From contig NC_043008.1 of the NCBI RefSeq assembly GCF_006345805.1, forward strand, positions 22,258,001-22,322,000: DNA of 64,000 nt, given 5' to 3'. Of this stretch, positions 1 through 11,399 are shown in pieces. Numbering within the stretch: the first letter of the stretch is position 1; every line of letters begins with the position of its first letter. Source of the stretch: Octopus sinensis (taxonomy: Eukaryota). A model generated the notes under the pieces. The model saw only the letters and a program-made list of their open reading frames with translations. It had not been told where the DNA came from and did not search any database. A program made the translations under genes and the position numbers.

Positions 1-990
1 TAAACAACCTGTGGTTTATGAATGACATAAAGCTATTCGCTAAGACTGAGAAAGATATTGAGAGTTTGACGACAACTGTGCAGATGATTAGCAAGATATT
101 GGCATGGAATTTGGGATCAAGAAACGTGGTGTAATGATTTTCAAAAAGGGGACAAATCAGTTAAAGCCAAGGGATCAAGTTGGAAAGTGGTGAAACTATA
201 AGAGAAGTCGGAGAGGAAGGATGTAAGTACCTGGGTGTGATTGAAAGAGATAAGATGAATGAACACAAGATGAAAGAAATGTACAGGAAAGAGTACTTGA
301 GGAGAACTTGGTTTGTACTCTAATCGAAGCTAAATGGCTGCTATAAGATTAGAGCAATTAACACGTGGGCTGTTGCTTTGATGAAATATGGGGCAAGAAT
401 AGTATCTTGGAAGAAGAATGAATTACAAGAGATAGACCAGAGAACATGTAAATTAATGTCAAGATTGTATGTAAAGAGGGAAGAAGGGGCATGTGGATTG
501 GTGTGTTGTGAAGGTTGTGTAAGGGAAGAGAAGAATAGCCTGTCAAGGGGAGTAAAGAAGTAAAGATTGAAGCAGTAAAAATGCATGGAACCTTAAAAGT
601 GAACAAAGCTGTAGATACAATAAGATTTAAGAAAGACCAGAGAGAGCAGATGAAGAAAATTTGGCAGGACAAGAAAATGCACAGTCAGTTCTTGAAGAAT
701 AAAGACAAGATTGATTGGAACAGAACCTGGAAATAGCTGCAGAAAGGAGACTCACAAGGATCCACTGTGGCATTAGTGTGCAACACTCAAGAACAAACTC
801 TCAGAACAAACTACTTCAATTATCACATTGATAAAAGCACTGACTTGCCACAGCGTAGGATGTGCTCTGAGAAGAGAGAAAGTATAAGCCATATTCTTAG
901 TGTGGGCTGTAAGCTGGCACTACATGAAGATAAAAGGAGACACGACAAAGTGGTCAAATATGTCCACTGGCTGTTGACCAGTAAAGCAGA
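1..990 (+). mobile_element. Degenerate R4/Dong-like non-LTR retrotransposon fragment (RT C-terminal half to the CCHC region), running off the window start
   Basis: Broken-frame translation gives FMNDIKLFAKTEKDIESL (YxDD motif), DIGMEFGIKK, YKYLGV, RAINTWAVALMKYGARIVSWKKNELQEIDQRT and KRRHDKVVKYVHW. These are collinear with the intact motifs of the 1077-5057 element; many stops and frameshifts. Confidence 0.85.
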
Positions 991-1004
991 CCTTGCTATT
1001 ATTG

Positions 1005-1009
1005 TTATG

Positions 1010-1055
<46 letters not shown>

Positions 1056-1076
1056 TAATAATAATAATAATAATAA
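1005..1076. repeat. (TAA)n microsatellite, 5' flank of the Dong-like LINE
   Basis: Nearly pure TAA run ending immediately before CCAGGGACAT. Confidence 0.95.
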
Positions 1077-4000
1077 CCAGGGACATTTAAGATGTAAGAA
1101 GGAAAAGGAGAACACCGGGGACATTTAAGATGTAAGAAGGAAAATACAGAGCTCCGAAATCTATCCACAAACATCGAAAACAAGGACATCCTATGGAGCC
1201 AAAGATTTACTAACAAAGAATTGGACTGTATCTGAGTAAGTAATACTAATTGAAATTTATTACTATTTTCGAAACGAAATGATGTATTTTGACTCGATAT
1301 TATCTCCACCTCTAACACAACACATGTAAACATGCGTGGAACATCACGATCATCCCCGACCTCAAACACCATGTACAAAGGAACTACGAAGAAATTAAAT
1401 GCCACCGATACTATTCAACCCAGAATAACAATCGAGCGGTACGTACATTAAACTTACAACAAAAAATGTACGAAAAACTACACGTGCGAAATAATGTGAC
1501 AACAGAAATAAACGGACCGGTACCCTACGAAAATGACGACCGTCAAAATAATGGGCCGGACGTTGTACCTCATGTCCCGCAAATAAAACCCAAAAGACGT
1601 AAATGGACACGTGAGGAATACATTTCTATCTTACACGCATACTTCACAGCAATGCTCTACCCAAAAAATGAAAATACAACAACACATACATATAAAATAT
1701 GGAAGGAAAATAATAGAGATATAGACTTGGATACAGCAATGAACCCTAATAAATTAGCTAACGTACGAAGATACATTCTCAAAGCCAAAAGAATATCAGA
1801 AATAGAAATAGAACATTTAAAAGAAAAAATTCACCAGGAAAATGTAGATAGAAGCCACACAACAATGTCCAATAATATAAACACTGAAACTGTAAAACAC
1901 GAAGACAAACGCAACATTCCCAACAAACACGATGTAAACAACGAAGGGAGCCTAATGATTATGATAATATAAAAAATAAAATAATCAAAGAACTGAAAAC
2001 CACAGAGCCCAAAATGGACCACCGACCATACCTCCCAAGAATAAAAATAAACGAATAACAACACCAATTAAAACAGCATAAACTTAGCCATCACTGAACT
2101 AGCCACTGAAACAAAAAAAATGATATCACTGAACTAAATGACTTGATATACGCAGCAGCCACTGCAGCCACAAAAGAAGCTGGATACTCACCCAAACCCG
2201 CCCAAACAGGAGTACCACCACCCAAATAAACCCTGTGGATAATAACATCCAAAACAAAATTAAAAAATTAGAAAAGACCTGTCGATTCCTAATGAAATCA
2301 GCAAGCAATCAACGCTACTGAGCAACAAAAGAGAACAAAAATGCTCCGCAAATATAACATCACAGAAAAAGATTTGCCGGAGATAAAAGAAAAGCTGAAG
2401 CAAGATATCCTTGCCAAAGCTCAAAGGATCCGCCGGTACGAGAAACGCCAACGCTTCTTTGAACAGAACAAAAAGTTCAACTCCAACCCCAAAAAGTTCT
2501 ACCAAGAACTGGGCAAAAATAAAATAGAAGTCACTGCAGCACCAACGGCAGAAGAATTAGAAGAATTCTGGAGAGAAATATGGTCGGCGAACGAACAGCC
2601 AAAAAAAAGGAGTATCAAAATAACAAACTCGGCATCTGAACAACTTTGGACCCCCATGACAACTGAAGAGGTCACCCAGGCACTGCAAAAACTAAGCAAC
2701 TGGAAGGCACCTGGGCATGACAAGATCCCCAACTTCTGGTAGAAATATCTAACAGGAATGCACAAAAAGCTGGCTGAAAACATACTAGCAGAGCCAGAGA
2801 CAATGCCTGAATGGCTCACGAAGGGGAAAACCATCTTAATTCCCAAATCAAATGAAACAGCAAAACCAGAAAACTACAGACCAATAACCTGCCTCCCTAC
2901 TATGTTCAAGGCATTTACTGCAGTGATATCGCAAAGGCTGAACAAGCACCTGGACGAAAACAAACTGTTTCCAGAAGAGCAGAAAGGATGCCGCAAGGGC
3001 TCATATGGCTGTAAAGATCAACTAATGATTAATAAAGCCGTAACTGAAGACAGCCACAGAAAGAAGAAAGGCCTCAGTATGGCCTGGATTGACTACAAAA
3101 AGGCGTTTGATAGCATCCCCCACACATGGATCCTCGAAACACTAGCCATTAACAAAGTAGCACCAACAATCATAAAATTCATAGAGCACTCTATGAATAA
3201 ATGGCAAACAGTCCTACACCTCCAAACAAAAGAGGGACTCATGAAAACCAAAGACATCCCCATTAGAAGAGGAATATTCCAGGGAGACACGCTCTCTGCA
3301 CTCCTTTTCTGCTTGGCACTGTCACCTCTATCTGATATGCTAAATAGAACTGGATGCAGATATAAATGTTACGGCAAAACGATCAGCCACCTTTTATATA
3401 TGGATGACCTAAAACTATACGCTGCAAATGACAAACAGCTGGAAACACTATTAAAGACAGTTCATGGATTTACCAAAGAAATAGATATGAAATTTGGATT
3501 AGAAAAATGCGCCAAAGTAACTATGAAAGAGGAAAACTAGTTAAGAGTAACAACATCACACTAGATAAAACCAATGAAATAAAAGAATTAGACCAAAGCC
3601 AAACTTACAAATACTTAGGAATCCATGAACTAGATAAGACACAACACACACAAATGAAAGAGAAAATAAAAAAAAGATATTATAGACGAGTTAGATCAAT
3701 ACTAAAAACAGAGCTCAATGCTAAAAACAAGATAATAGGTATCAACACTTTAGCTGTCCCAGTTATAAGTTACAGCTACAATATCCTTAACTGGACACGA
3801 AATGAACTGTCCAAAATAGATAGGAAAACAAGAAAAATACTGACAGGATCTAGGATGCATCACCCAAAATCTGACATAGAAAGACTATATATACAACGTA
3901 TAGAAGGTGGTAGAGGCCTTATACAGCTGGAAAATACTATAAAATAACCACCATAGGACTGCAAAAATACCTACTTCAGAAGGAAGGAAAACTGATCCAG

Positions 4001-5057
4001 ATAGCAGCAAAACACGAACAAAACAAAAAACTGTTCTCAGTATTTAAGGAAGCTGACAAATACAAACAAGAAATCATACCACCTAATAAACACGAAGAAG
4101 AAGAAGAAGATGATGAAAAAACAACAAAAGCTATAAAACAAATGAAATCCAAACTAAAAATAGAACAGCAACGAACCATGATAAAACGATGGCAAGAAAA
4201 GCCCCTTTATGGTAAATACTGCACTAAACTAAACGCAAAAGAAATAGACAAAGAAAAATCCCAGCAATGGTTGAGAAGCTCAGGACTCAAAGCAGAAACA
4301 GAGGGATTTTTAACTGCAGCACAAGACCAAAGCCTCCCCACCAGAAATTACCAAAAACATGTAATGAAAAGAAATATTACAAGTAACTGCAGAATATGTG
4401 GAGATGGACAAAACAATAAATCATATTATCTCTAGCTGCCCAGTCCTGGCTAAGAAGGAATATATTCACAGACATGACAGAGTTGGAACCTACATACATT
4501 GGAAGCTATGCCAACATTATGGAATAACAACAGAAAAAAGATGGTATAGGCACACACCAGAAAAGGTCACAGAAAACGAGAAAGCAACCATACTCTGGGA
4601 TATGCCGATACACACAGATAGAGAAATTAAGGCCAACAGACCAGATATAGTTGTCAGAGATCATGAAGAAAAAAAATGCTTTCTAATTGATGTATCAATA
4701 CCGGCAGATGACAACGTGTCTCTAAAAGAAATGGAGAAACTCTCAAAATACAAAGACCTGGAAATAGAGGTAACTAGAATGTGGAATCTGAAAACAGAAA
4801 CAATTCCTATCATAGTAGATGCATTAGGCATGATAAAAAAATATTCAGACAAATACATAACAAAAACACCAGGACTTACACATTACAAACATATAACATA
4901 CAGAAAATTGCACTACTAGGCACTGCACACATCCTACGCAGAACACTTTCCATACAATAACCATCAGAGCATCACAACAAATCACAGCACATACCCAAGG
5001 CACACAGAGCTGCGCTCGGTAGTGAAGTGAAAGTACGCTATAAAAATAAAACTACTA
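1077..5057 (+). mobile_element. Near full-length R4/Dong-clade non-LTR retrotransposon (~4 kb) inserted in (TAA)n
   Basis: One disrupted ORF with N-terminal RRKWTREE, RT motifs (NYRPITCLP, EQKGC, WIDYKKAFDSIPH, RGIFQGDTLS, YMDD at 3397-3408, YKYLG), CRICG..HIISSC zinc knuckle and RPD..D..K restriction-like endonuclease. ~100-bp 3'UTR, with TAA runs on both sides. Confidence 0.92.
1466..4960 (+). pseudogene. Disrupted RT-endonuclease polyprotein ORF of the Dong-like element
   Basis: ORF-track segments 1466-1972, 2341-2742, 2758-3540, 3507-3947, 4142-4435 and 4398-4919 join into one protein ending ALLGTAHILRRTLSIQ* (TAA 4958-4960). In-frame TAG at 2740-2742; small indels near 1950, 3527, 3935, 4400 and 4880. 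Confidence 0.9.
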
Positions 5058-5070
5058 AATAATAATAATG

Positions 5071-5106
<36 letters not shown>
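5058..5106. repeat. (TAA)n microsatellite, 3' flank or tail of the Dong-like LINE
   Basis: TAA run directly after the 3'UTR ...ACTACTAAA. Confidence 0.95.
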
Positions 5107-5107
<1 letters not shown>

Positions 5108-5383
5108 CATGAAACCCAAAAATGGCAGAAATTCAAGAGATAGTGCTCATGGAAATGCTCATATCCTATGCAAAATACTTCTATGTTCTCAAGGTTAAAA
5201 CAAACATAATTTTCGGTTCTTTTTTTTTTTAGACATTCACTAGTACAACACCAAAAAAAAAAAAAACAAATATATGGCACACTAGGCATAACAACAACAT
5301 GAACTTCCAACCTGTTGTCTCTTGAGTCTCTGGGTGAGACTTGGAGCCAACTTGTACAAATATAAAGCAAAGTCAAACATAGA

Positions 5384-5400
<17 letters not shown>
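5108..5400 (+). mobile_element. 5'-truncated 3' end of a second Dong/R4-like family
   Basis: PKMAEIQEIVLME..HIL resembles the IQKIALLGTAHIL C-terminus. A 3'UTR GTCTCTGGGTGAGACTTGGAGCCAACTTGTACAAA..AAAGCAAAGTCAAACAT follows, then (TAA)n; the same 3'UTR recurs near 48820-48880. Confidence 0.6.
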
Positions 5401-5414
<14 letters not shown>

Positions 5415-5446
5415 CATAATTATTATTATTATTATCATCATTATTA

Positions 5447-5477
<31 letters not shown>

Positions 5478-5837
5478 ATTTTATTATTATTATTATTATT
5501 ATTATGAAAGCCACTTGGATAGTTCTTAATTACCAGTTATTCTTTACTTGAAAGCAGGCAATAACAAATCACCAAAGGTTTCAAGTAGTGCCTTCTCCTG
5601 TGACTCAAAAAGACAATACTCTCTTTACAATGCAAGCTGTACCCAACAGTGCTGTCTTATGGACCACCTGACTGCAGCTCCAATATTCTTAATGTTTTTC
5701 AAAGCCCTTAGAAACTCCTCCTAATGCTCCAATTACCATTGATGTCACCATTACTTTCCATCGATCCCCAGTGTTCAACTGGTACTTATTTTATCAACCC
5801 CAAAAGAATGAAAGGCAATGTTAACTTTTAAACCTTA

Positions 5838-5853
5838 AAACAGTAGTAGTAGT

Positions 5854-5884
<31 letters not shown>

Positions 5885-5885
5885 A

Positions 5886-5930
<45 letters not shown>

Positions 5931-6016
5931 CAGCAGTGGTGGTGGTGCTGCTGCTGCTGCCACCACCCCTACTACTACTACTACTACTACTACTGCTGCT
6001 GCTGCTACTTCTGCTG

Positions 6017-6072
<56 letters not shown>

Positions 6073-6080
6073 GCTACTAC
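5838..6080. repeat. Compound (AGT)n/(AGC)n/(ACT)n trinucleotide microsatellite
   Basis: Read directly from the sequence. Confidence 0.9.
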
Positions 6081-6429
6081 TACTCCTATTGCATCTGTAG
6101 CAGCAGCAGAAACAACCACGAATGATTTATAAACTAACAAAAAAATGATAAAAAAAAGAATCCCAAACACAGCTGCAACAACAACAACAACAGCAACAAT
6201 ATAAATATTGTGACAGAACACAAGAACACAGTAACACACCAAAAACACCAAGAATCGAGTTAAACGGAACGAAAGAGAGAGAGAGAGAGGGGCGGGAGAG
6301 AGAAGGGTGAAGAATTTGTTTTTTTTTTCCTGTAACAGGAAATAAAAATGATAAAACAGAAAAGGATATTGGAATTGGTGTATTAATTGGAAAACTGAAG
6401 TGTTGGTTTGTTTTGCTGTCGGGAAGAGC

Positions 6430-6487
6430 AGAATCATCATCAGCATCATGGTTGTCGTCATCATCATCATCATCGTCGTCATCATTG

Positions 6488-6528
<41 letters not shown>

Positions 6529-6550
6529 GTCGTCATCATTGTCATCATCG

Positions 6551-6598
<48 letters not shown>

Positions 6599-6675
6599 AT
6601 ATCAATCATCATCATCATCAATCATCATCATCATCATCATCATCATTAGTCACCATCATCATCATCATCATCATT
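6430..6675. repeat. (ATC)n microsatellite
   Basis: Read directly from the sequence. Confidence 0.95.
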
Positions 6676-6678
6676 AAT

Positions 6679-6837
6679 CTGTGTGGTAAGTAACTTGCTT
6701 ACGAACCACATGGTTCCAGGTTCAGTCACATTGCATAGAACCTTGGGCAAGTGTCTTCTACTATAGCCTCAGACTGACCAAAGCCTTGTGAGTGGACTTG
6801 GTGGATGGAACAACGGAAGAGGCCCGTTGTAAATATG

Positions 6838-6886
<49 letters not shown>

Positions 6887-6955
6887 TTGTGTGTCTGTGT
6901 TTGTCTCCCCAACATCGCTTGAGAACCGATGTTGGTGTGATTACGTGTCTGTAAT
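6679..6955 (+). mobile_element. tRNA-derived SINE (head GTGGCTGTGTGGTAAG; octopus OR-type by recall)
   Basis: A-box TGTGTGGTAAG, B-box-like GGTTCAGTC, body GGCAAGTGTCTTCTACTATAGCC..AAAGCCTTGTGAGTGGA and an internal (TG)n. More than 10 related copies in the window. Confidence 0.8.
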
Positions 6956-6994
6956 TTAATATATACAAATTATTAAAAAAATAATAAAAATATA

Positions 6995-7082
6995 CAGTAC
7001 AGCACTGTTTCTACTTTGCAGATTTTCACCTATTGCAGGGGGTTTTGGAATGTAACACCCCTAAGTAGTCAAGGAATTATTG
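6995..7082. mobile_element. Short Tc1/pogo-type MITE remnant
   Basis: TA|CAGTAC...ATTATTG|TA: CAGTA-like imperfect terminal inverted repeats flanked by TA. Confidence 0.4.
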
Positions 7083-7084
7083 TA

Positions 7085-7123
<39 letters not shown>

Positions 7124-7284
7124 TTCAATTAGAGGTTGTGCTAATGTCATGAATGGATGGTTACATCCAAGGAAATACTAATACAAATTGAAACGGCTGT
7201 AAGTGAAGATGATTAATTTGCTGTTAATAATAAACAATTATTAACTTCCCAATCTCCATTTACTTTTTCGTCTTTTATATATAC

Positions 7285-7315
<31 letters not shown>

Positions 7316-7482
7316 ATATATTATATATTATATATAATATATATATATATACTATTCTGCCTAAAAAATGGATCTACAGCTTCAATATTCGTACATATCT
7401 TACATCTATTTTCTTTCCTCCACCTCACTCTCTATTTTGTGTCCTATCTAAACGAACTATTACGTAAGCATCCTCTCACACC

Positions 7483-7535
7483 GTCTCCGATGAAGGGATA
7501 TAATTAATAAATATCCTGGAAACAGCTGTAAGACC
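7483..7535 (+). ncRNA. Minimal type I hammerhead ribozyme motif (U4C variant)
   Basis: GTCT-CCGATGA-A[GGGATA..TATCCT]G-GAAA-CAGCTG-TA-AGAC. Helix I GTCT/AGAC, helix II 6 bp, palindromic helix III ACAGCTGT, GUA cleavage triplet. Confidence 0.55.
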
Positions 7536-7703
7536 TTATATCTATAAACGTTCCGATATCTACAAAGCCTTGGGTTTTTTTTATCTCATTGCACAAAATA
7601 TTCTTATATATATATAAATAAGGATAATATCGTTAATTTAAAAATAAAATAACGATTTTATCAACTGGTCAGCATGGAAAAAATAACCTTCAAAGGTAAT
7701 AAT

Positions 7704-7870
7704 TATCAAAATTATAAATTAGGGCATCTTCGAGATACCACCATGCTGAAAATAGCAGCCATGATCTGACTTTAAAACCACCTAAATTGTCTGTGGTTTT
7801 AAAGTCAGATCATGGCAGCTATTTTCAGCATGGTGGTATCTCGTAGATACCCTAATTTATAATTTTAATA
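7704..7870. repeat. Inverted repeat, 78-bp arms (7704-7781 and 7793-7870), 11-nt loop, about 4 mismatches
   Basis: Arms compared by hand; the right arm runs into (TA)n. Confidence 0.9.
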
Positions 7871-7877
7871 TATATAT

Positions 7878-7911
<34 letters not shown>

Positions 7912-8409
7912 ATATATATATATACACATATTATATATTATATATTATATATTTTTTTTATTGGATCACTAAGTTTGTCCTTTAATTGGAATTATTTCCA
8001 AAGATTTCTAATGTCTTTTCTTCATACTTTTCTTTTTAATTTACTTATATAAATTCGTATAGGTATGAAAACTTGTATAGAAATAATGAGTATATGGCTT
8101 TAACTCATTAAATACAGCTCAACAAATTCATTCATATTTCTGTAATAGAGGTGATTAGATGTTAAAATAGATTATAGTTTTTATTTTTCATGTTGCTATA
8201 GAATTTGTTTCATACAAAAACGACGCAGATATTCATAAAAAGAAAATTGTAATCGTCATATTTGTACTCATTAGTCACTGAAATAAAAACTAAAAAAGAT
8301 GTTAGAAGTACGTAGATTTTCTCTTATTTATCATCTTAAGATTATTGTATTCATTCTAGCAGTCATGTCTGTTTGAATAAGACTCATATATATATATATA
8401 TGTGTGTGT

Positions 8410-8456
<47 letters not shown>

Positions 8457-8459
<3 letters not shown>

Positions 8460-8794
8460 GGTGCATGGCTCAGTGGTTAGAGCGTCGAGCTTACGATCGT
8501 GAGGTCGTGAGCTTGAATCCCGGACCGGGCTGCGTGCTGTGTTCTTGAGCAAGGCACTTTATTTCACGTTGGTCCAGTTCACTCAGCTGTAGAAATGAGT
8601 TACGACGTCACAGGTGCCAAGCTGTATCGGCCCCTTTGCCTTTCCCTTGGATAACACTGGTGCCATGGAAAGGGGAGGCCGGTATGCATGGGCGACTGCT
8701 GGTCTTCCATAAACAACCTTGCCCGGATTTGTGCTTGGGAGGGTAACTTTCTAGGTACAATCCCATGGTCAGTGTTGTGACCAAAGGGGGTCTC

Positions 8795-8795
<1 letters not shown>
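8457..8795 (+). mobile_element. tRNA-derived SINE with GTGTTCTTGAGCAAGGCACTT core
   Basis: tRNA-like head GGCTCAGTGGTTAGAGC..TTGAATCCC; ~80% similar second copy at 43704-44045. Confidence 0.85.
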
Positions 8796-8849
<54 letters not shown>

Positions 8850-8859
8850 TAGATAGATA

Positions 8860-8918
<59 letters not shown>

Positions 8919-9029
8919 TTTACGGGTGTGTGTGATTGTGTATAGAAGAATATATTAGTAAAAGGAATTCCAACCTTGTCTGATTTTCACGTTTTATTTA
9001 CAATCTTATAATGATATAATCACCTCCAA

Positions 9030-9147
<118 letters not shown>

Positions 9148-9282
9148 TTTACGGGTGTGTGTGATTGTGTATAGAAGAATATATTAGTAAAAGGAATTCC
9201 AACCTTGTCTGATTTTCACGTTTTATTTACAATCTTATAATGATATAATCACCTCCAATATATATATATATATATATATATA

Positions 9283-9964
9283 CACCAGAAGTCAAAAATT
9301 ATCTGCACTTTCACCATAAGATATTTTTATTATTGTCACACTGCCTTCTGTGCTTGCATGCTTATATTTGGTACTATTGTGGTCACATGATCGAAGTTTG
9401 AGCCTTATCACACTTTTTTTTTCTGGCTTTACATTATGAGTATTGCTGCTCCACTACCAATGTGCACCAAAAGAGAACAAAGAGCAGTGATATGAGAATT
9501 GGTAATGGTGAACCTGTTCACCATTACCTTTTCTCGAGCTTGCTAAATCTTCTCGTTATTGGTGGAGGTTGACGGGCATCATGCTCCCTCTTCATGTGTC
9601 ATGCTTATCTGGCTACTTTTAAACTTCTTGACCCACTCATACACATTTCTACGTAATTGTGTACTGTCACCATATTGTGCTAAAAGCCTCCGATGAATTT
9701 CAGCACCTGAGATACCTTCTGACCAGAGAAACCTTCTGACCAGAGAAATTGGATCACTATTCTTTGTTCTTCTTTGGTGCACAATGCTAGTAGAGTGACC
9801 ATGCTTATACTGTAAAACCAGAAAGAAAAATGGCACGATCAGGCTCGAACTTGGATCATGTAACCACAATAGTACCAACTATAAAAACGCATGTGGAGAA
9901 GGCTATGTGACAATAATAAAGATATGTTATGGCAAACATGTGAATAATTTTCGACTTCCCCTCG
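9283..9964. mobile_element. Mariner (Tc1/mariner) derivative with 5' transposase fragments on both strands
   Basis: TA flanks and imperfect TIRs (GAAGTC(A/G)AAAATTAT). Minus strand encodes CTKEEQRIVIQFLWSEGISGAEIHRRLLAQYGD..VYEWVKKFK..GRPST (mariner N-terminal HTH). Plus strand 9435-9495 carries a homologous start. Confidence 0.8.
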
Positions 9965-10009
9965 TATGAGACAGAGACAGGGAGACAGAGGGAGTGATAG
10001 AGAAAGAGA

Positions 10010-10635
10010 ATGTATATCTTTAATCTTTTACTTGTTTCAGTCATTTGACTTTGACCCTGCTGGAGCACTATCTTGAACTGTTTTATTGGAACAAATCAAC
10101 CTCGGGACATTTTTTAAAGCCTAGTGCTTATGCTATCAGTCTCTTTTGCCATTAAGTTAGAGGGACATAAACACACCAACACCAGCTGTAGAGCAGTGAG
10201 GTGGGGAATAACACTGACATAAAGACACACGTCTATATCGAAGGAGAGGGGCTTTCTCCGTCCGGGTTGCGGATCCGTGGAACAAGCTGCCAGACGAGAT
10301 GGTGAAGATGCCGACGACCGCTTTGTTCAAAGTCTCCCTTGACCTCAAGTGGCCTGAACACTTTACATGAACACCACCCTGTACATAACTCCATGTCCCC
10401 CTACATGGCCTTGCTTTTTGCTTTTTGAGCCAAAAATTAACTAACTAACTAACTAACTAACATATACATATACATATACAATGGGCGTCTTTCCATTTCC
10501 AGCTACAAAATCCACTCACAAGGCATTGTTTAGTCCATGCCTATAGAAGAAAATACTTGCCGAAGACAACACACAGTGGGACTGAACCTAGATCCTTGTG
10601 ATTGGGAAGCAAGTTTCTTACCACACATCCACACT
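10010..10635 (-). mobile_element. tRNA-derived SINE (same family as 6679) interrupted by a CR1 fragment
   Basis: Homology to the intact copy at 45535-45950 on both sides of the insert. Confidence 0.75.
10228..10461 (+). mobile_element. 5'-truncated CR1/L2-group LINE 3' end with (CTAA)n tail
   Basis: Encodes RRRGAFSVRVADPWNKLPDEMVKMPTTALFKVSLD (CR1-type FS.RV...WN.LP C-terminus), then a short 3'UTR and (CTAA)n. Confidence 0.8.
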
Positions 10636-11399
10636 TGCATATATATCATCATCACCATCATCACCACCACTACCACCACCACCACCACCATCATCATCAT
10701 CATCCTCATCATCCTCATCCTCATCATCATCATCGTCGTCATCATCATCATCATTTAATGTCTATGCTGACATGGGTTGGACAGTTTGAAAGGAGCTGGA
10801 CAGGCAGATGACTGCACCAAACTTTTGTGTCTGTTTTGGCACAGTTTTTACTGCTGGATGCCTTTCCTAACACCAACCACCCTGCAGAGTGGACTGAATG
10901 CTTATATTTATATATGTATAGTATGTATAGAATATTCGGATCTTTTTCATTTTCTTCCAACCAATGGAGTTTTCAGATTTCCAACCCAGATATAGTTTTG
11001 AATGCTGATGATGAATATCACATTCATTTTTTTGAAAAATTAATGATTAACAGGATAGAAGCAGTTAAAGTATAACTTTAGATAACTATTTTTGACCAAT
11101 GAAATTAGTCGTGTCCTCACAAGCAGAAGACAAAACTATTCACTCCCATGGGAACAAACAGACCATCGTTGAAATTGCAAACAGGAAGGGAATGTTTTTT
11201 TAAAGAATTTAATGAAAGCAGACTAACAAAAAGAGGGGCTTTTAAGAAAAAGACTTGAATTTAATTGAAAGGAAATAATGATGGAATAATATTTTCAACC
11301 TGCTGCTAGAAATAACAGCTGACATGAAATGAAAACACGTGGACTGTCAATAAGATAAAACAATTATGAAATAAAACAATGTAACAGAATGTTTTGAAA

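Noticed and set aside
1395-4858. Minus-strand ORFs overlapping the Dong element
   Set aside because: Antisense shadows of the A-rich coding strand, with no motifs.
5835-6693. Long poly-Met/Asp/His/Ser/Ile ORFs here and at 13144-13572, 17645-18453, 21260-21754, 27124-28036, 34106-34752, 37369-37787 and similar
   Set aside because: They are translations of stop-free trinucleotide or dinucleotide microsatellites, open in several frames at once.
8457-8535. tRNA genes (also 31350-31425, 40404-40480, 43704-43780)
   Set aside because: Acceptor and anticodon stems are broken and each continues into a shared SINE body; these are SINE heads.
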